A DNA stretch of 63,733 bases, counting the filler, from Perkinsus chesapeaki ATCC PRA-425 (Eukaryota; Protista; Perkinsozoa): the NCBI GenBank assembly GCA_013115145.1. It is 9 parts of 9 records of this genome, joined end to end, with 100 filler letters (N's around TTAATTAATTAA, not from the genome) between each part and the next. Parts side by side here need not be neighbours in the genome. Positions count along the whole stretch, not along the records: positions 1 to 13,142 come from JAAPAO010000798.1; 8 more parts are not named here. One strand, given 5' to 3'. Made by a program: the position numbers and the translations under genes. Positions within the stretch are counted from its first letter, which is position 1. Every line of letters starts with the position of its first letter. Of this stretch, positions 1 to 11,325 are shown one piece after another. Under the pieces are notes generated by a model. The model made no database searches, was not told the DNA's origin, and saw only the letters and a program-made list of their open reading frames with translations.

Positions 1-87
1 CCTCCCAGACCGTCATTAGGTCCGGGGGTTTTGAGCCCAAGGGCACTCAGCTAGGTCCGCCGTCGCTCGCTCCTGGGTGAACAGTAG

Positions 88-600
88 GCGGAGTTGATTG
101 AAAAGGGGGCGTCTCTTGGGAGGGTAATCGAAGTTCCTTTGCGCGAAGCGGAAGCCTTTACGAGGGTTGCAGTCATCTGGAAGAAGGGGGTAATGGCGAG
201 ACCACAGGAGTTCGGCCTATAGATGATCATAGACGCTCTGGGCTGAATCGGCCTATTCGGCAGGGGCTCAGAACCACGATAAGCTTGCCTAAAACTACGA
301 ATATCCAGTCCATGCTGGCGACTGCACCACGTGAGGGGAAGAGCGATATGCTTTGGACGTTGGAAGTCGATGTCCAGAGCGTGTTCAGACTTGTGCCGAT
401 TCTCCCTTGCGATAGGTCGTTTTTGTGTTTCTTCGCCCCCCCCCTCTGGTGACCAACCTTTCCAGCTTCCGACGGTCTACAGGCATGAAATGTGCCCGTT
501 CGGCCTCGTTACGAGCCCTGCCTTATGGTGTCGGGCGGCTGCATTAGCTTTCAGAATTATCAAGAGGTTGTTAGGTGTTTTCGAGGCACCGGTAGGTTGT
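88..600 (+). mobile_element. Degenerate reverse transcriptase fragment of a DIRS/Ngaro-like (tyrosine-recombinase) retrotransposon
   Basis: Translation across two frameshifts (G-run 186-190, C-run 436-444) gives TRVAVIWKK..GVRPIDDHRRSGLN..LEVDVQSVFRLVPILPCDRSFLCF..YRHEMCPFGLVTSPALWCR. These are RT motifs in the style of DIRS-type elements. No YxDD is seen before the stop at 636. Confidence 0.7.
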
Positions 601-1174
601 GGTCCAAAGGGAGTGAGGCTCGACTTTAGGGCTTAAACGTGCTGAATAATCTTGTATGTGAATAGTTTTTCGGTCATCACGAGCTCTCCTAGCTCAGTGT
701 TAACGGTTATATTATTGTTGCTCGGAGTTTTCCTCTAGTGTTGGAGAGGGCGTTCACTCCTTTACAGCGACTGGGCAGTGACTGCCGGCGGCAGTCAGCT
801 GATATGGCCGCCGTATGGAGCGGAGTGTACACCGCAGCGGCAGCACATATAATACGGGACGGGTGAGGGGTGCGGTGCGGATGTTACGGTTATAGGAGTT
901 TGAACGCGTCAGCACTGCGGTGGGAGCATCAGGGCTTACCGCGTGCTGACCAACGCCCGCTACCTCAGCAACTCTGGACAGTCGCTGGGGTCGCGAGAGG
1001 AGGAGTAGATTGACTCTGATGAACGACGCTTACAATCGAGGTATTGTTGCCCATCCCGTCCGGAATCCAGGATGCATGATGAGGTGAGTAACATCCAGGT
1101 GCGTCCACCACAACGGGAACCTGCAACGTGACAGTGTGTGCCTAAATCTCGCCGCCCCCCGCCAACGACGATCA

Positions 1175-3408
1175 CCTTGGTTGTCATTATTCGAAACTCT
1201 CCGTCGACTGGTAATAACACATACGACGAACGCTGTCTGGTCATTCTCAAACCTACCGGTGCCTCACATGACATTCAAGCAAACAAAGTAAGCTTACACT
1301 CGAGTGCTTTCTGCTGATGTTCGCTGTTCGTCATGTCTTCTCCAACAGTTGACCAGAGCCGACTGCTGCTGCCAGGCGACGAATCACCGCTCTCTTGCCA
1401 GCCAGCTAGGTAACTGATTTAAACGCCACTTCGCTCCGCTGCTCAAGCCGAATAACTTCCCAGGATCCCATTGGAAGAGGTGGGATGCATTGATAACAGT
1501 ATATACTGCCACACTCTCCAGCATAACTGTGAAATTGAAATGAGTTCCAAGTCGAAGTTCCATGTAAAACCTCCTCCTGCCATCTCATGACAGAGTAAGT
1601 GAGACCAGGACGCCACAGAGGAGCATCAGATGCTCCCGAAAAGGAATGCATTTTGTGTGCGCTTTTGCCCCAGGAACAGATTCTCTCCTAGAGTTCCGGT
1701 CGCATCTCCGCATTACGAACACTTTTTGATCGCCGAGGAGCACATTTATTGAGAAGCTAAATCCAGCATTTAGTTACATGGCTGCTGCTACATTAAGATG
1801 AAGCCATCGACATTCAGACCTCCTCCCCAAATTGATAAGTATAAGCCCCGAACGTCTGTGTCGGTCATCTTTAAACGACGGAGTTCGGCTCCGTTACCAC
1901 GCATGAACTTCTCTCGAAGTGCAAATCAAACGTATTAGGAAATGTGCGCCGTCTCCCAGTAGCCGAACGGGGTGCAAGCGAGTTACGGACCTCGCAGGAT
2001 TTCTATCGAGTTCGCTTACATTCCGAACTGCTTGACATCAGCAACTTTGCAATCCACATGCGGATGAGACAGAGCCGTGCTGAAGACGCCTCCAAAAGTG
2101 GCCAAAGGTGCTCGAGAGAAATCCGTTGAGCAAGATTTCAACGATGCGTCCTTTACCTGAAAGAATGTCGGCGTTGCCGAAACCTATAATATGGTTTTAA
2201 AAATATGAAGATGCCACATGGAACAGGAATGTCCATCCTCACTTCGAAGCCGAGGGCAATGCTTCGTCCGCTACCACAGCTCTGACTATCTTCAACTCTG
2301 AGGTGAGCATGGCTTATCTTTACCTTAAAAAAGGTTATTATATTCAACAAGAGTAACATTCAAACCTGAAGCTTCGCGAGGAGACTTGATGCTATTCGCC
2401 ACAATAGAGAATTGCTCTTCTCGTGCTGCGCTGACAGACAGAGGAAATCGTAGACTTCCAAGGCCCTCGTTTTATATCTGTAATGGAAAAAAATGAAAAC
2501 CGAATGCAACGCGACTTGACTTTGTACGGAGGTTCAAGCGAAGAAAAGACTCAGAGGAACGCATAACACTCTTCATGAGAGAAAACAGAGCTTCCCACGG
2601 AGGTTCCTTCTCGACAAGTAAATCGCTCCCCGTTGGCCCCGTGGATCACAAGCTGTGGTTGCTTAATAATAGCACTGATGCTTGGGTCATATTTACCAGC
2701 AATTTGATTGCATTGAACTATACAGGCAAACTGGGTGTGTGAAACGCAGAAAAGTGGTTTGGATGGAGTCCATCCATCCGATGGTCCAGCAGTCTGTGGA
2801 TAGTCCATCCGATGGACTATCCACAGACTGCGAGATATTGAGAGAAATAAGACTCTTAAACATCGCGACATGGCATCATACAAATACAGTGGATCGACTC
2901 GAATGAATTAGTTACTATAAAACTGGAATCGGATCACTCACTCTTCCTTCAGTTTTCTCTCCCTTTCCTCGTCCCACTCCTCTGACGATTTTGTCCGTAA
3001 GACTATAAGGGCATCACTAATTGTGATTACAATCGGTTGAGATGCCAAAGCTTTCCAAGGTATAGAGATACTCAATACGCCAATGTGCCCTGAGAATACA
3101 ATAGAAGAGTGTGAGTGATGGACTTTACCAATTGAAACGATAAGTGGAAGAGAAAGGAAATCGAAGAGGTCCTTTTTAAGACGCAAATTGTAAAGTGAGA
3201 CCTGACAAGAAAACTTTCGCAGCTTTTGTAGACCTCCGCTCTCCTGGTCCCTGGCAAATAAAGACCAATGTTTTTCACGTACCTCTCCCATATCCAAGGA
3301 TGACTTCAACTGTGCAGGATCCACGTTAACGACATAGTCACTGAGGAGCTCTTTTAGAAATGATACTATATATGAATTAGCAATGCCCGATACGAGACGG
3401 GTGAACAT
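1175..3408 (-). CDS. VPS13: VPS13/chorein N-terminal domain protein, multi-exon; 3' end unresolved
   Basis: Exons read MFTRLVSGIANSYIVSFLKELLSDYVVNVD..SLYNLRLKK..GHIGVLSISIPWKALASQPIVITISD..WDEERERKLKE / SLLWRIASSLLAKLQ / VKISHAHLRVED / YVLLPVDGEFRI, matching the Chorein_N pattern. GT-AG introns separate them. Confidence 0.75.
2789..2831. repeat. Perfect palindrome, 21-bp arms, 1-nt centre (C), in a VPS13 intron
   Basis: gcagtctgtggatagtccatc-C-gatggactatccacagactgc; arms checked base by base. Confidence 0.95.
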
Positions 3409-3592
3409 TATTATTAGTTTAAAGCTGAAGTTTGGGAAGTTGTAACGGTAACGGATAGAGTAATCACATGGGGTTTTGAGGATTCAGCATAAAGGCTACT
3501 CTGAATGATCGTCCTACTGAAGGTTGCGGCCTATTGCCGGGCGGACGAGGTGACTTTAATAATTCAGACTGTGGAGAAAAGTCTCAACTCTG

Positions 3593-3645
3593 CTGAAATG
3601 ACTGAGTTGAGCCTCTGACTCAGAGGCTCAACTCAGTCATTTCAG
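3593..3645. repeat. Perfect palindrome, 26-bp arms, 1-nt centre (C), about 185 bp upstream of the VPS13 ATG
   Basis: ctgaaatgactgagttgagcctctga-C-tcagaggctcaactcagtcatttcag; ctcagagg sub-repeats follow to about 3692. Confidence 0.95.
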
Positions 3646-4679
3646 AGGCTCAGAGGCTCTGAGGGACCGTACCAGGACCTCGGGCCTCAGAGATAAGCAT
3701 ATCAAACTCACACTAGTCGACTCCGACTGTGCTGAAGGAACAACTAGAATCTCACAATTGACTCAACACGATACTCAAGTCAAAGCTCTTAGAGATAACG
3801 AATACGACTTAGCTGGCAGTACACTTCAATGGCCATTTGTAAGACAAAGTTGGTTCTATTCATAACATGGACATGACCGTCCCTGCTCACACTTGTCGAA
3901 GAATCTCAAGGAAGAATTGGAGGTAGTATCACTAACGGATGAATGAACCGGCAGTGACAATCATCAACTATATCAACATTGAAGCGGACATTGCAGACCC
4001 GAAAACCTTCCAGTCCCCACAAACGTGAGCAATGAGCAGACTGAGCAGATGAGGAAAGTGACGAAATTCACAACTAGCTTTGATGGTCCAGCACGCACGC
4101 AGTTGGAAAAGCTCAGAATCCCTTCAGACTTGTAAATTGCCGGCAAGACTTGACAAGACTCCAGCTCCCCGGGAGGGAAGCAGTGAACTATGCATCATCA
4201 TCCGAGCACGGCTGTCCCATCATAGACGATAGACATGTAGATAGTAATATTCCACATATAATATTCCAGGAGAGAGCGCATCTAGCATAGCATTCAACTG
4301 AGCTAGTATATGAGGTTGATGTAACCATAAAACGATTTTATTAAAATCAAGGCGTTGGTCTTTTTTTCACACTGGATCTTCGGTGCGAAGGGGCCACAAA
4401 GTAAACATTGGGTTCTCTGTTTAACCGAGAAATTGACTTCTTTATGCCTGCAGGGTTGCTGGCATGCATGCGCTTTGCGCGCTACCGTTACTTAACATAC
4501 CGACCTGACTAACCCGACACTTAATAGACCGGAATGGCGTATGGGTTATAATGATTTAGGAGTTCGTGACAGCGAGAGACCAACAACAGAACTCATACGC
4601 TACAAGAAAACGGTTGTTTACAAATAAGAACGACGCTGGTAATACTGAAGCTGTATTACCGAACCTGTTAATGCTAAAG

Positions 4680-4973
4680 CTACCTACAACACGGACAACT
4701 CGCTCCGCCACACATTTCTAAGAATCCCGCGCAGATGAACATGGTCAAAGGGTTTATTATAAGAGGGCTCCAGCAAGAGTGACAAGCAGCACAATTATCA
4801 TATAGACGACGATGAACCACTTTGGTGAGGGGCGAGGTTCCTGTCATCCCCCCTGCGGGGTCTTCAGAAGGAAGGTTGGTAGCACTGCGAACCTCGTGAG
4901 CTTTAGGTTCATCGATAACCGAGTCGATGCCGATACAGCTGATGAGCATTACAATGAAAATATAAAGCTTCAT
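4680..4973 (-). CDS. Small secreted cysteine-rich prepropeptide (97 aa), intronless
   Basis: ATG at 4973. Signal-like MKLYIFIVMLISCIGIDS, a polar pro-region, a dibasic HRR site, then a 41-aa tail LYDNCAACHSCWSPLIINPLTMFICAGFLEMCGGASCPCCR with 8 Cys. Confidence 0.7.
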   Translation of the reverse strand: MKLYIFIVMLISCIGIDSVIDEPKAHEVRSATNLPSEDPAGGMTGTSPLTKVVHRRLYDNCAACHSCWSPLIINPLTMFICAGFLEMCGGASCPCCR

Positions 4974-5273
4974 TTGGTCGGGCAACTGAAAAGAGACAAT
5001 AGCGAGCGAGAGGGTACTGGAGTACATGAAAAAGCACCGAAACGGATGAAAACCCCTTATTGGGAAGCAAGCGAGATCAGTAAATATGTCTCAATTGAAA
5101 ACTTGTCCCCGAGGGGGAAGAAGTAGTTCGAGTTGTTTAGGCCAGAAATCGACTTCTATGCCGTGGTAAGTAAAGGACGCAGTGAGGGAAGAGGGAGCGG
5201 GGAAACCTTTTGAGAATAAAGACCAGACAGTTCAAATAGCAATGGACTCGAGCCATAGCGCCTGAGACGATGA

Positions 5274-5289
5274 TATGTCACGTGACATA
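5274..5289. promoter_or_regulatory. 16-bp palindrome tatgTCACGTGAcata (E-box-like core), candidate cis-element
   Basis: Perfect palindrome about 300 bp upstream of the Cys-rich peptide gene. The function is inferred only. Confidence 0.3.
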
Positions 5290-6969
5290 ACCGGGACAGG
5301 ATCTACCTATCATGAAATATAGATAACAGAAACAAAGCGTCAGTGTGAGACTGCTCCGAAAGTAGTGGCGACTCCATAGTTCGGCACAGCATTATGTGCA
5401 GCAATTAGGTCTCATGCATACAATGGCTCTGAAGAGGGAAAGAGAAAGCATAGTAAGAATGTCGATAATAGCATTTCTTTGATCAGTGTGATCAGGAGAC
5501 AGAAATTGTGTCACATAATTAATTGGTGTATGATCGTAACATCAGTAATATTATTAAGGTGAACCAGCGAACTCTCTCAATTTCTATTCATACGATTACT
5601 CAATCCCAAATTGCTATAATATTATGATATGTAGATATATGAATCAGATTGCTATAATTATTATTCAATAGGCTGAAATAGAGCGAGGTCGCTGGGCCAC
5701 CCTTCCGAGCCGTATCGAGAACGCTATCGTTCTCTGGTCAGTAGTAGACTTCGTGGGATTGTATTGGTAAGATAACTTACACTCAGGTTCAGCATACCGA
5801 TTTCATTGATGAGTGACGAGCTCAGGTTCATGCCATCATTGATATATATTCATATTTTCTTCCCAGTGCCAGGTGTGGATCGGGAACCACTTACCGGCCC
5901 AGATGTGATCTCGAGTACAGCCTCATACGACTCGTTTCCTATCGTACTCCAGAAGGATCTCAAAAGCAGACTCAGAAGCCATGCACGCAAGCCATGACTA
6001 TATGCTAGGCCATGCTGGATGCCAAACAGTGGGTTATTTAGGCAGGAACAGTGTAATTCCAACCATTTCTCGGAAAACGACCTAGTCTGAAAACCTGGAC
6101 TCGGAAATGGAGCGCTCAATTGGGTCCTGGTCTCCGATAACTTCAAGGCCGATGCGTACAGGTGAGTCGATAATTATTTACAATGTTTTGCACGAAATTT
6201 AATCCTTCAGGTGGAGCCGAATGCATCTCCTCGTCGGCTATTCAAGGCAAAGGTGAATATTACGGATACAAGAGGAACGAGTTCTTTGACACTCAGAGTG
6301 TCAGAGAACTTGTCACACTCTGAGGAGCACGGTGCTTCAAGCACCATATCACTGGCAATCTGTTCAAAGAACCACATGGATGTGTGATGATCGTAGCGAG
6401 CAGTATAGTAAAGGGAGCAACGAGATGGAGAAAGATGCTACGGACAACAGTGTATGGTGACTGTGAGTCACAGTCTGTGACGAAATGTGCACACAATTGT
6501 GTTCGTTGTCCCCTTTATTTGTCTGATGCAGCTATTGCCTGTATTAATACTTAGAAGCCACCAAAAGCGGCTCCTGCTGAGTTGTTCAATCTACAATCAC
6601 TCTGCCTGTGTGAAGAGCTGCCGCCGTCCGACAGATATCTCAATTCTTTAACTTTGAAAATTGATATCTTTCAGAATTGACCTCGGCGTTGCAGAAACCG
6701 ATCTTAACGAGCATCTTAACCTGACAATTGCCACGATGATTGACATACATTTACTCAATTAAGGCTTTATAATCAGAAACATTCTTATCATGGGAAGTCA
6801 CAGCTTTTCTCAATCCTGACAGGTCGACAACTGGACTATGATGTCGCGATTGATACTGCTTCAGCTCCATGGAGTGTTGGTTGGAAATCGGTGTGTTGGT
6901 AGATAGTAGAGGCTGATGGAAGAAGGACTCCTCCTGGTGTGGAGCTACTGTATAATACTTACCCGAACA

Positions 6970-8098
6970 GAAACCGCTCTGAACTGCCGAGACCGTCCAG
7001 GATCGTCGACAACCTCGAATGATACACGAGTACCTCAAAGAGCTTGTGCAGAGTGTCAAAAGCGGCCTAGTCTAATTTTCCGGGACGACGCAAAAAGATC
7101 CCACGGCCCATCTTAGCCACAATGTCTTGTAAACACGGTAACCTCGCAAAGTTCAGTGCGGTATACCAAGAAGCCTGCATGATCTCCGAAAAGGTCCAGA
7201 CGACGCTCTTACTCATTTGGACACAAATGAGGCGAAGTTGGTTTGCCAAGGTGGCATAGAGCATTGATGAACTAAAGAAATTGTGCACACATAGGTCTCA
7301 TTGAGCAACATCACGCGTGGATCAGAATCCGCATACCGGCCCAGGTGTCCTCAGTACGACTACATTCATGCTTTCTCGGCCCTAGGAACATTTTTCTCAA
7401 AGAAGAGTTCATGAGATACTCCCGAATTAAAACACTCTCTAGGGGGTGTCTAGGAACCGCCATGTAAGCCTCGATAAACCCTGGATTCGGGACGCGTAAA
7501 AGATACCAGTAATAATAGAACCTCTCACAAATGGCGGTTTTCCCACCACTATTTTTACGTCATTTGGCAGCACCCTTATGATAGTAAATACCATAACTAT
7601 AATAAGCCTACTACCGAAGCCGTCTTTAAAAAACTTCTCTCTCCAGTATGCCGTGAATGTCTCGGCATACACACAATGACTGTCTTGTACATAGTGCTCT
7701 GTAATGCGTTTTTGAACGTAAACAAGTTCTGAATTTTATCAGGCTCGGGCATTTCATTATTCACCGCCGCTCACAATATCCAACCTCCCTACCGGCCTCA
7801 AGAGCACGAGTGACGCCTCTGGTGAAGTCCGGCCAATCTACGTCATTCCGATGAACGAAGACATCCCGGAGACTGTTAGTTCCAGGCAAGGGGGTCTCCG
7901 GCGAAATAAAACCATAACCTTGATAACGGTCGTATCTGACAGAAATAATGAGGAGCCCGAATGCCTCCAACCCGCCCACTGTGACACATAACCGGTCCAC
8001 CGGGACTTGGCACTCAAAGACCTAGTCGAGACTACGCGAGACAGTTTGATAGGCACTCTAAAGGAGCTATTCTTGATTGCCGCGGATGACAGTATCAT
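6970..8098 (-). CDS. Cold-shock (S1/CSD OB-fold) domain protein, multi-exon, basic N-terminal presequence; 3' part unresolved
   Basis: Exon 1 MILSSAAIKNSSFRVPIKLSRVVSTRSLSAKSRWTGYV; exon 2 RYDRYQGYGFISPET..RDVFVHRNDV..LEAGREV carries RNP1 (GYGFI) and RNP2 (DVFVH). A later piece SFEVVDDPGRSRQFRAVSVR resembles a CSD C-terminus. Confidence 0.7.
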
Positions 8099-8833
8099 AT
8101 CGGTGAAGGGTTTAACGAAAACTGTGGTGAAATGTCAATACGTGTAGAACTCTTCGGCGAACCGGCGAGGCGATGATATTGCAGAAAGTCGTAGCGGTGA
8201 AGATTGTTGCGTTGGAGAATAATCCAACTGTGGCAATCATCGCCTACTCATCATCATACTTGTAAAACACGAAAATTGTGTGCGTAAAAGTGTGAAACTG
8301 TGAACTCACGAAAGGGACGTCTCTTTATGCAATCCCTGAATTCGTTAAGGCATTTTAGTTGACAGCCTAATTTTAGTAAGACTTGAAGCAATAATTACAG
8401 TAGTGGAGAGAAGCGGCTGTTTCTGCAGGTGAACATATTTACTATCACCACAAACAGTCGCACTATGAAGAATTTCTAGAAGAAGATATCTAATGGAGGA
8501 ACCGAGCAAGAAGATGAAGCGAAATGCATCCCAGATGTGTAAGAGATATCGATCAAATCTTAATCGTATCATCCAATTGCCAATCTATTAACCAATATTC
8601 GATCCATTGTGACTCCCTCGGCTGAGGTGTGGGAGACGATGCGCGACATACAGTAGCAGTAGCTGCACGAACTACTCACTGGTCCAGAGCCTGCAGCAGC
8701 CTCCTCCAAAAACACACATGGACAATTGAACAAATTGAAAGCAGCTTTAACTCAATAAGAGTTCGTGAATTGGTAATAGTACTTATGTAACAATATGGAC
8801 TTAAATCGTGGAGTAAGGCATTGAAGAAAAGCA

Positions 8834-10029
8834 CTAAGTTATAACATAGTCGCTGAATGATCCAGTGGAGGAATCGTCACCTGCTTTGGAAGCAGTCGAT
8901 ACCGCTTCATTATTAGACTTGCTCCAAGGGAACCGCATCCACAACGAACCCATTACAGACGACCCAGTCCGCCCATCTTGACCTATTTTGTATCTTGCAT
9001 GCTCAACCTCAGGATATTCCTGTCGAATCTTCAACTCTCCATCAGTGCCAAGTAATATTTCCGACACTCGTTTGCAAGTGACATCCAAAGCCAGTTGATC
9101 CAGCACACTTTCCTGGATCATATCAAAGTGAAAATCGATCAGATCGATAACCCTCTCCGGCTCCTCCGACCCCACCCGCCCACACAGCGATCGCAGCGAC
9201 GTCAAAAACTCGTCCTCTCCAAACACAGAAATTAAATCTCGCTCCGCTATTTTCAAAAATGCCAAAGCCGCTCGCATAACCACACTCCAGCCTTCGCACA
9301 CAAACCTGTCCCATATTTCCAACAGCAATTTCCCTTGCGGCGTCACGGCGTCACACGGCCCCAAATCGTAGGAAAATATCGTCATAAACCACTGCGTCGC
9401 ATAGAACTTCGCTCCCGCCTTGTACGTTATCATCGCCCGATTCAGCGACGGCAAGAGAACCTCTACAAGCCGATCCAACTGGTAACACATCACTTGCAAT
9501 CTCGGCAACGTCGGCAAATACATATCGATCATCCGAAATCGATAGTCACCCAGGAGAGCATCAATCACATAGAAGGTCGTCGCCAAATCCCGGAAAATGA
9601 ACCACAAATGTGCCGCTACGAAATTGACCCCTTGGCAGTACCCCATTCCGGGATGCTTGTTAGCAATCGCCCGAAGGATTAAGAAGATTGCGGATGGCAA
9701 CTCTTGGCGAGCCGGGTGGGTCCGGTTGATATCCCTGGCGATGCAGTCGTCGAAATCGGCGTTGGCCATGTCCGCCAGCTCCTCGAATTCATCCGACTTT
9801 TTCCTGCTGACACTTTGCAGCAGAACTGACCAGTACACCGAGCGCCGGAGCGAACAGGGAAGGTTGAAGCGAGGATTTCGCAGCCGTAAAAGATGCGTTA
9901 TGAAACTACCTGAATAATGCAACAACTAGCAACCGAAAGATATACCCTTAAAAACCGAATTTCCATCACACCTTCCCCCCGAATCCCCCGCCGTTGTTGA
10001 GTTGCAAATAGGCGTCCGTTTGCCAGCAT
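8834..10029 (-). CDS. TBC-domain Rab GTPase-activating protein
   Basis: IARDINRTHP (IxxDxxR arginine finger) and GYCQGVNFVAA (YxQ glutamine finger), plus WDRFVCEG. A probable short first exon runs from ATG 10029, spliced into the 8834-9925 ORF. Confidence 0.9.
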
Positions 10030-10303
10030 TTATACTGTAATATCTCTAAGTGTATTAAAGCCGTTGTTATATATGATTGGGACGAGGGACAAGGGTTAAT
10101 TACTCAGTAAACTTTGGTGTCATGTACCCGAATCGAAGATGATAAATTAATACCCCATCTTTAACAGTGGTTTGAAATCTTTGAACATGTACCTTTACCG
10201 AGGCAATAGCAAAAACACAATACCGCGTAAGCGTAACGTGTACGTATTTCCTATTAGGTATAACGATATCTTCATTTAATGGACGTGTCGTAATATTGAT
10301 TGA

Positions 10304-11192
10304 TCAAACTGTTTCAACTGAACATCCATACGAATATAGGGTCTTCGACATAAGCGCCGTGAGACAGTGTCGAGCAGCAGGCTGTAGCCTCGGAAAGTGT
10401 TTGACAGGTTCAGAAGAAGAAGAAGCAGTAGTTGAAGAAGCAACAGTTTCAATGCCTGTATCAAATTTGGTTATCAATTGTTTGAAGCGGAGTTTCCCAA
10501 GGCCGTCTTCGACAATGAGCCCCGAAAAGTTGCGATAACCGATATAAACACTTGGTGTCATGAGATCAGCAACGAAGTAAGTAATATTCACATGATACAA
10601 GCTTTGATGTTAAGACCGTCACTTTTACCAGTGTCCTAATCTCCACAATAGTTTTCACAGTCTCATAAATCTGCACTAGTAATGATAACTATCCCGTTGA
10701 GCTGAATAATAAAGTATTTAATATCACTAAGCAATACTAAAGTATTTAATATCACTAAGCAATAATAAAGTATTTAATNNNNNNNNNNNNNNNNNNNNNN
10801 NNNNNNNNNNNNNNNNNNNNNNNNNNNNNNNNNNNNNNNNNNNNNNNNNNNNNNNNNNNNNNNNNNNNNNNNNNNTTAATATCACTAAGCAATACTAAAG
10901 TATTTAATATCACTAAGCAATAATAAAGTATTTAATATCACTAAGCAATAATAAAGTATTTTATAGTCTTACGTTCCCCTCAGACCATTTCCCTATTACT
11001 TGATCTAGTCTGTAGATACCATTGTGAGCATACCAAGCTGGAGTTCGGTAAATCCTCGGTGGTATTAAGAAAGGTAACAATAGGTGTGTCAATAAAGCAC
11101 ACCATCCCTTTATTATCCTCACGACATCCCTCCGGTGTATCAACTTCGATGAAGAAGTCCGAAGACGAGGAAGAAGAAGAAGGTGATGACAT
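10304..11192 (-). CDS. Hypothetical multi-exon protein, crosses the minisatellite and gap
   Basis: ATG at 11192 (MSSPSSSSSSSDFFIEVDTPEG), a GTAAGA donor before the 28-bp repeat, and open frame 10304-10600. No recognisable domain. Confidence 0.3.
10706..10960. repeat. 28-bp AT-rich minisatellite spanning a 97-N gap
   Basis: Unit taaagtatttaatatcactaagcaata(c/a), period 28 (aaag at 10711, 10739, 10767); it resumes after the gap at 10779-10875. Confidence 0.95.
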
Positions 11193-11325
11193 GCTTCCAA
11201 ACAAACAGAGACGGTACTTGCGGCGATTATGCCGGTGAGCGAAATATTCCGTTAAGATGCCGTTTTTACATGCGTAAAACCGCTAATTGTTTACTTTGCT
11301 GGATTCCCTGTTGTGTTTCGTAAGA

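Noticed and set aside
10706-10960. 28-, 26- and 50-bp repeats as possible CRISPR arrays
   Set aside because: Head-to-tail tandem units with no unique spacers, no cas genes and a eukaryotic context; these are minisatellites.
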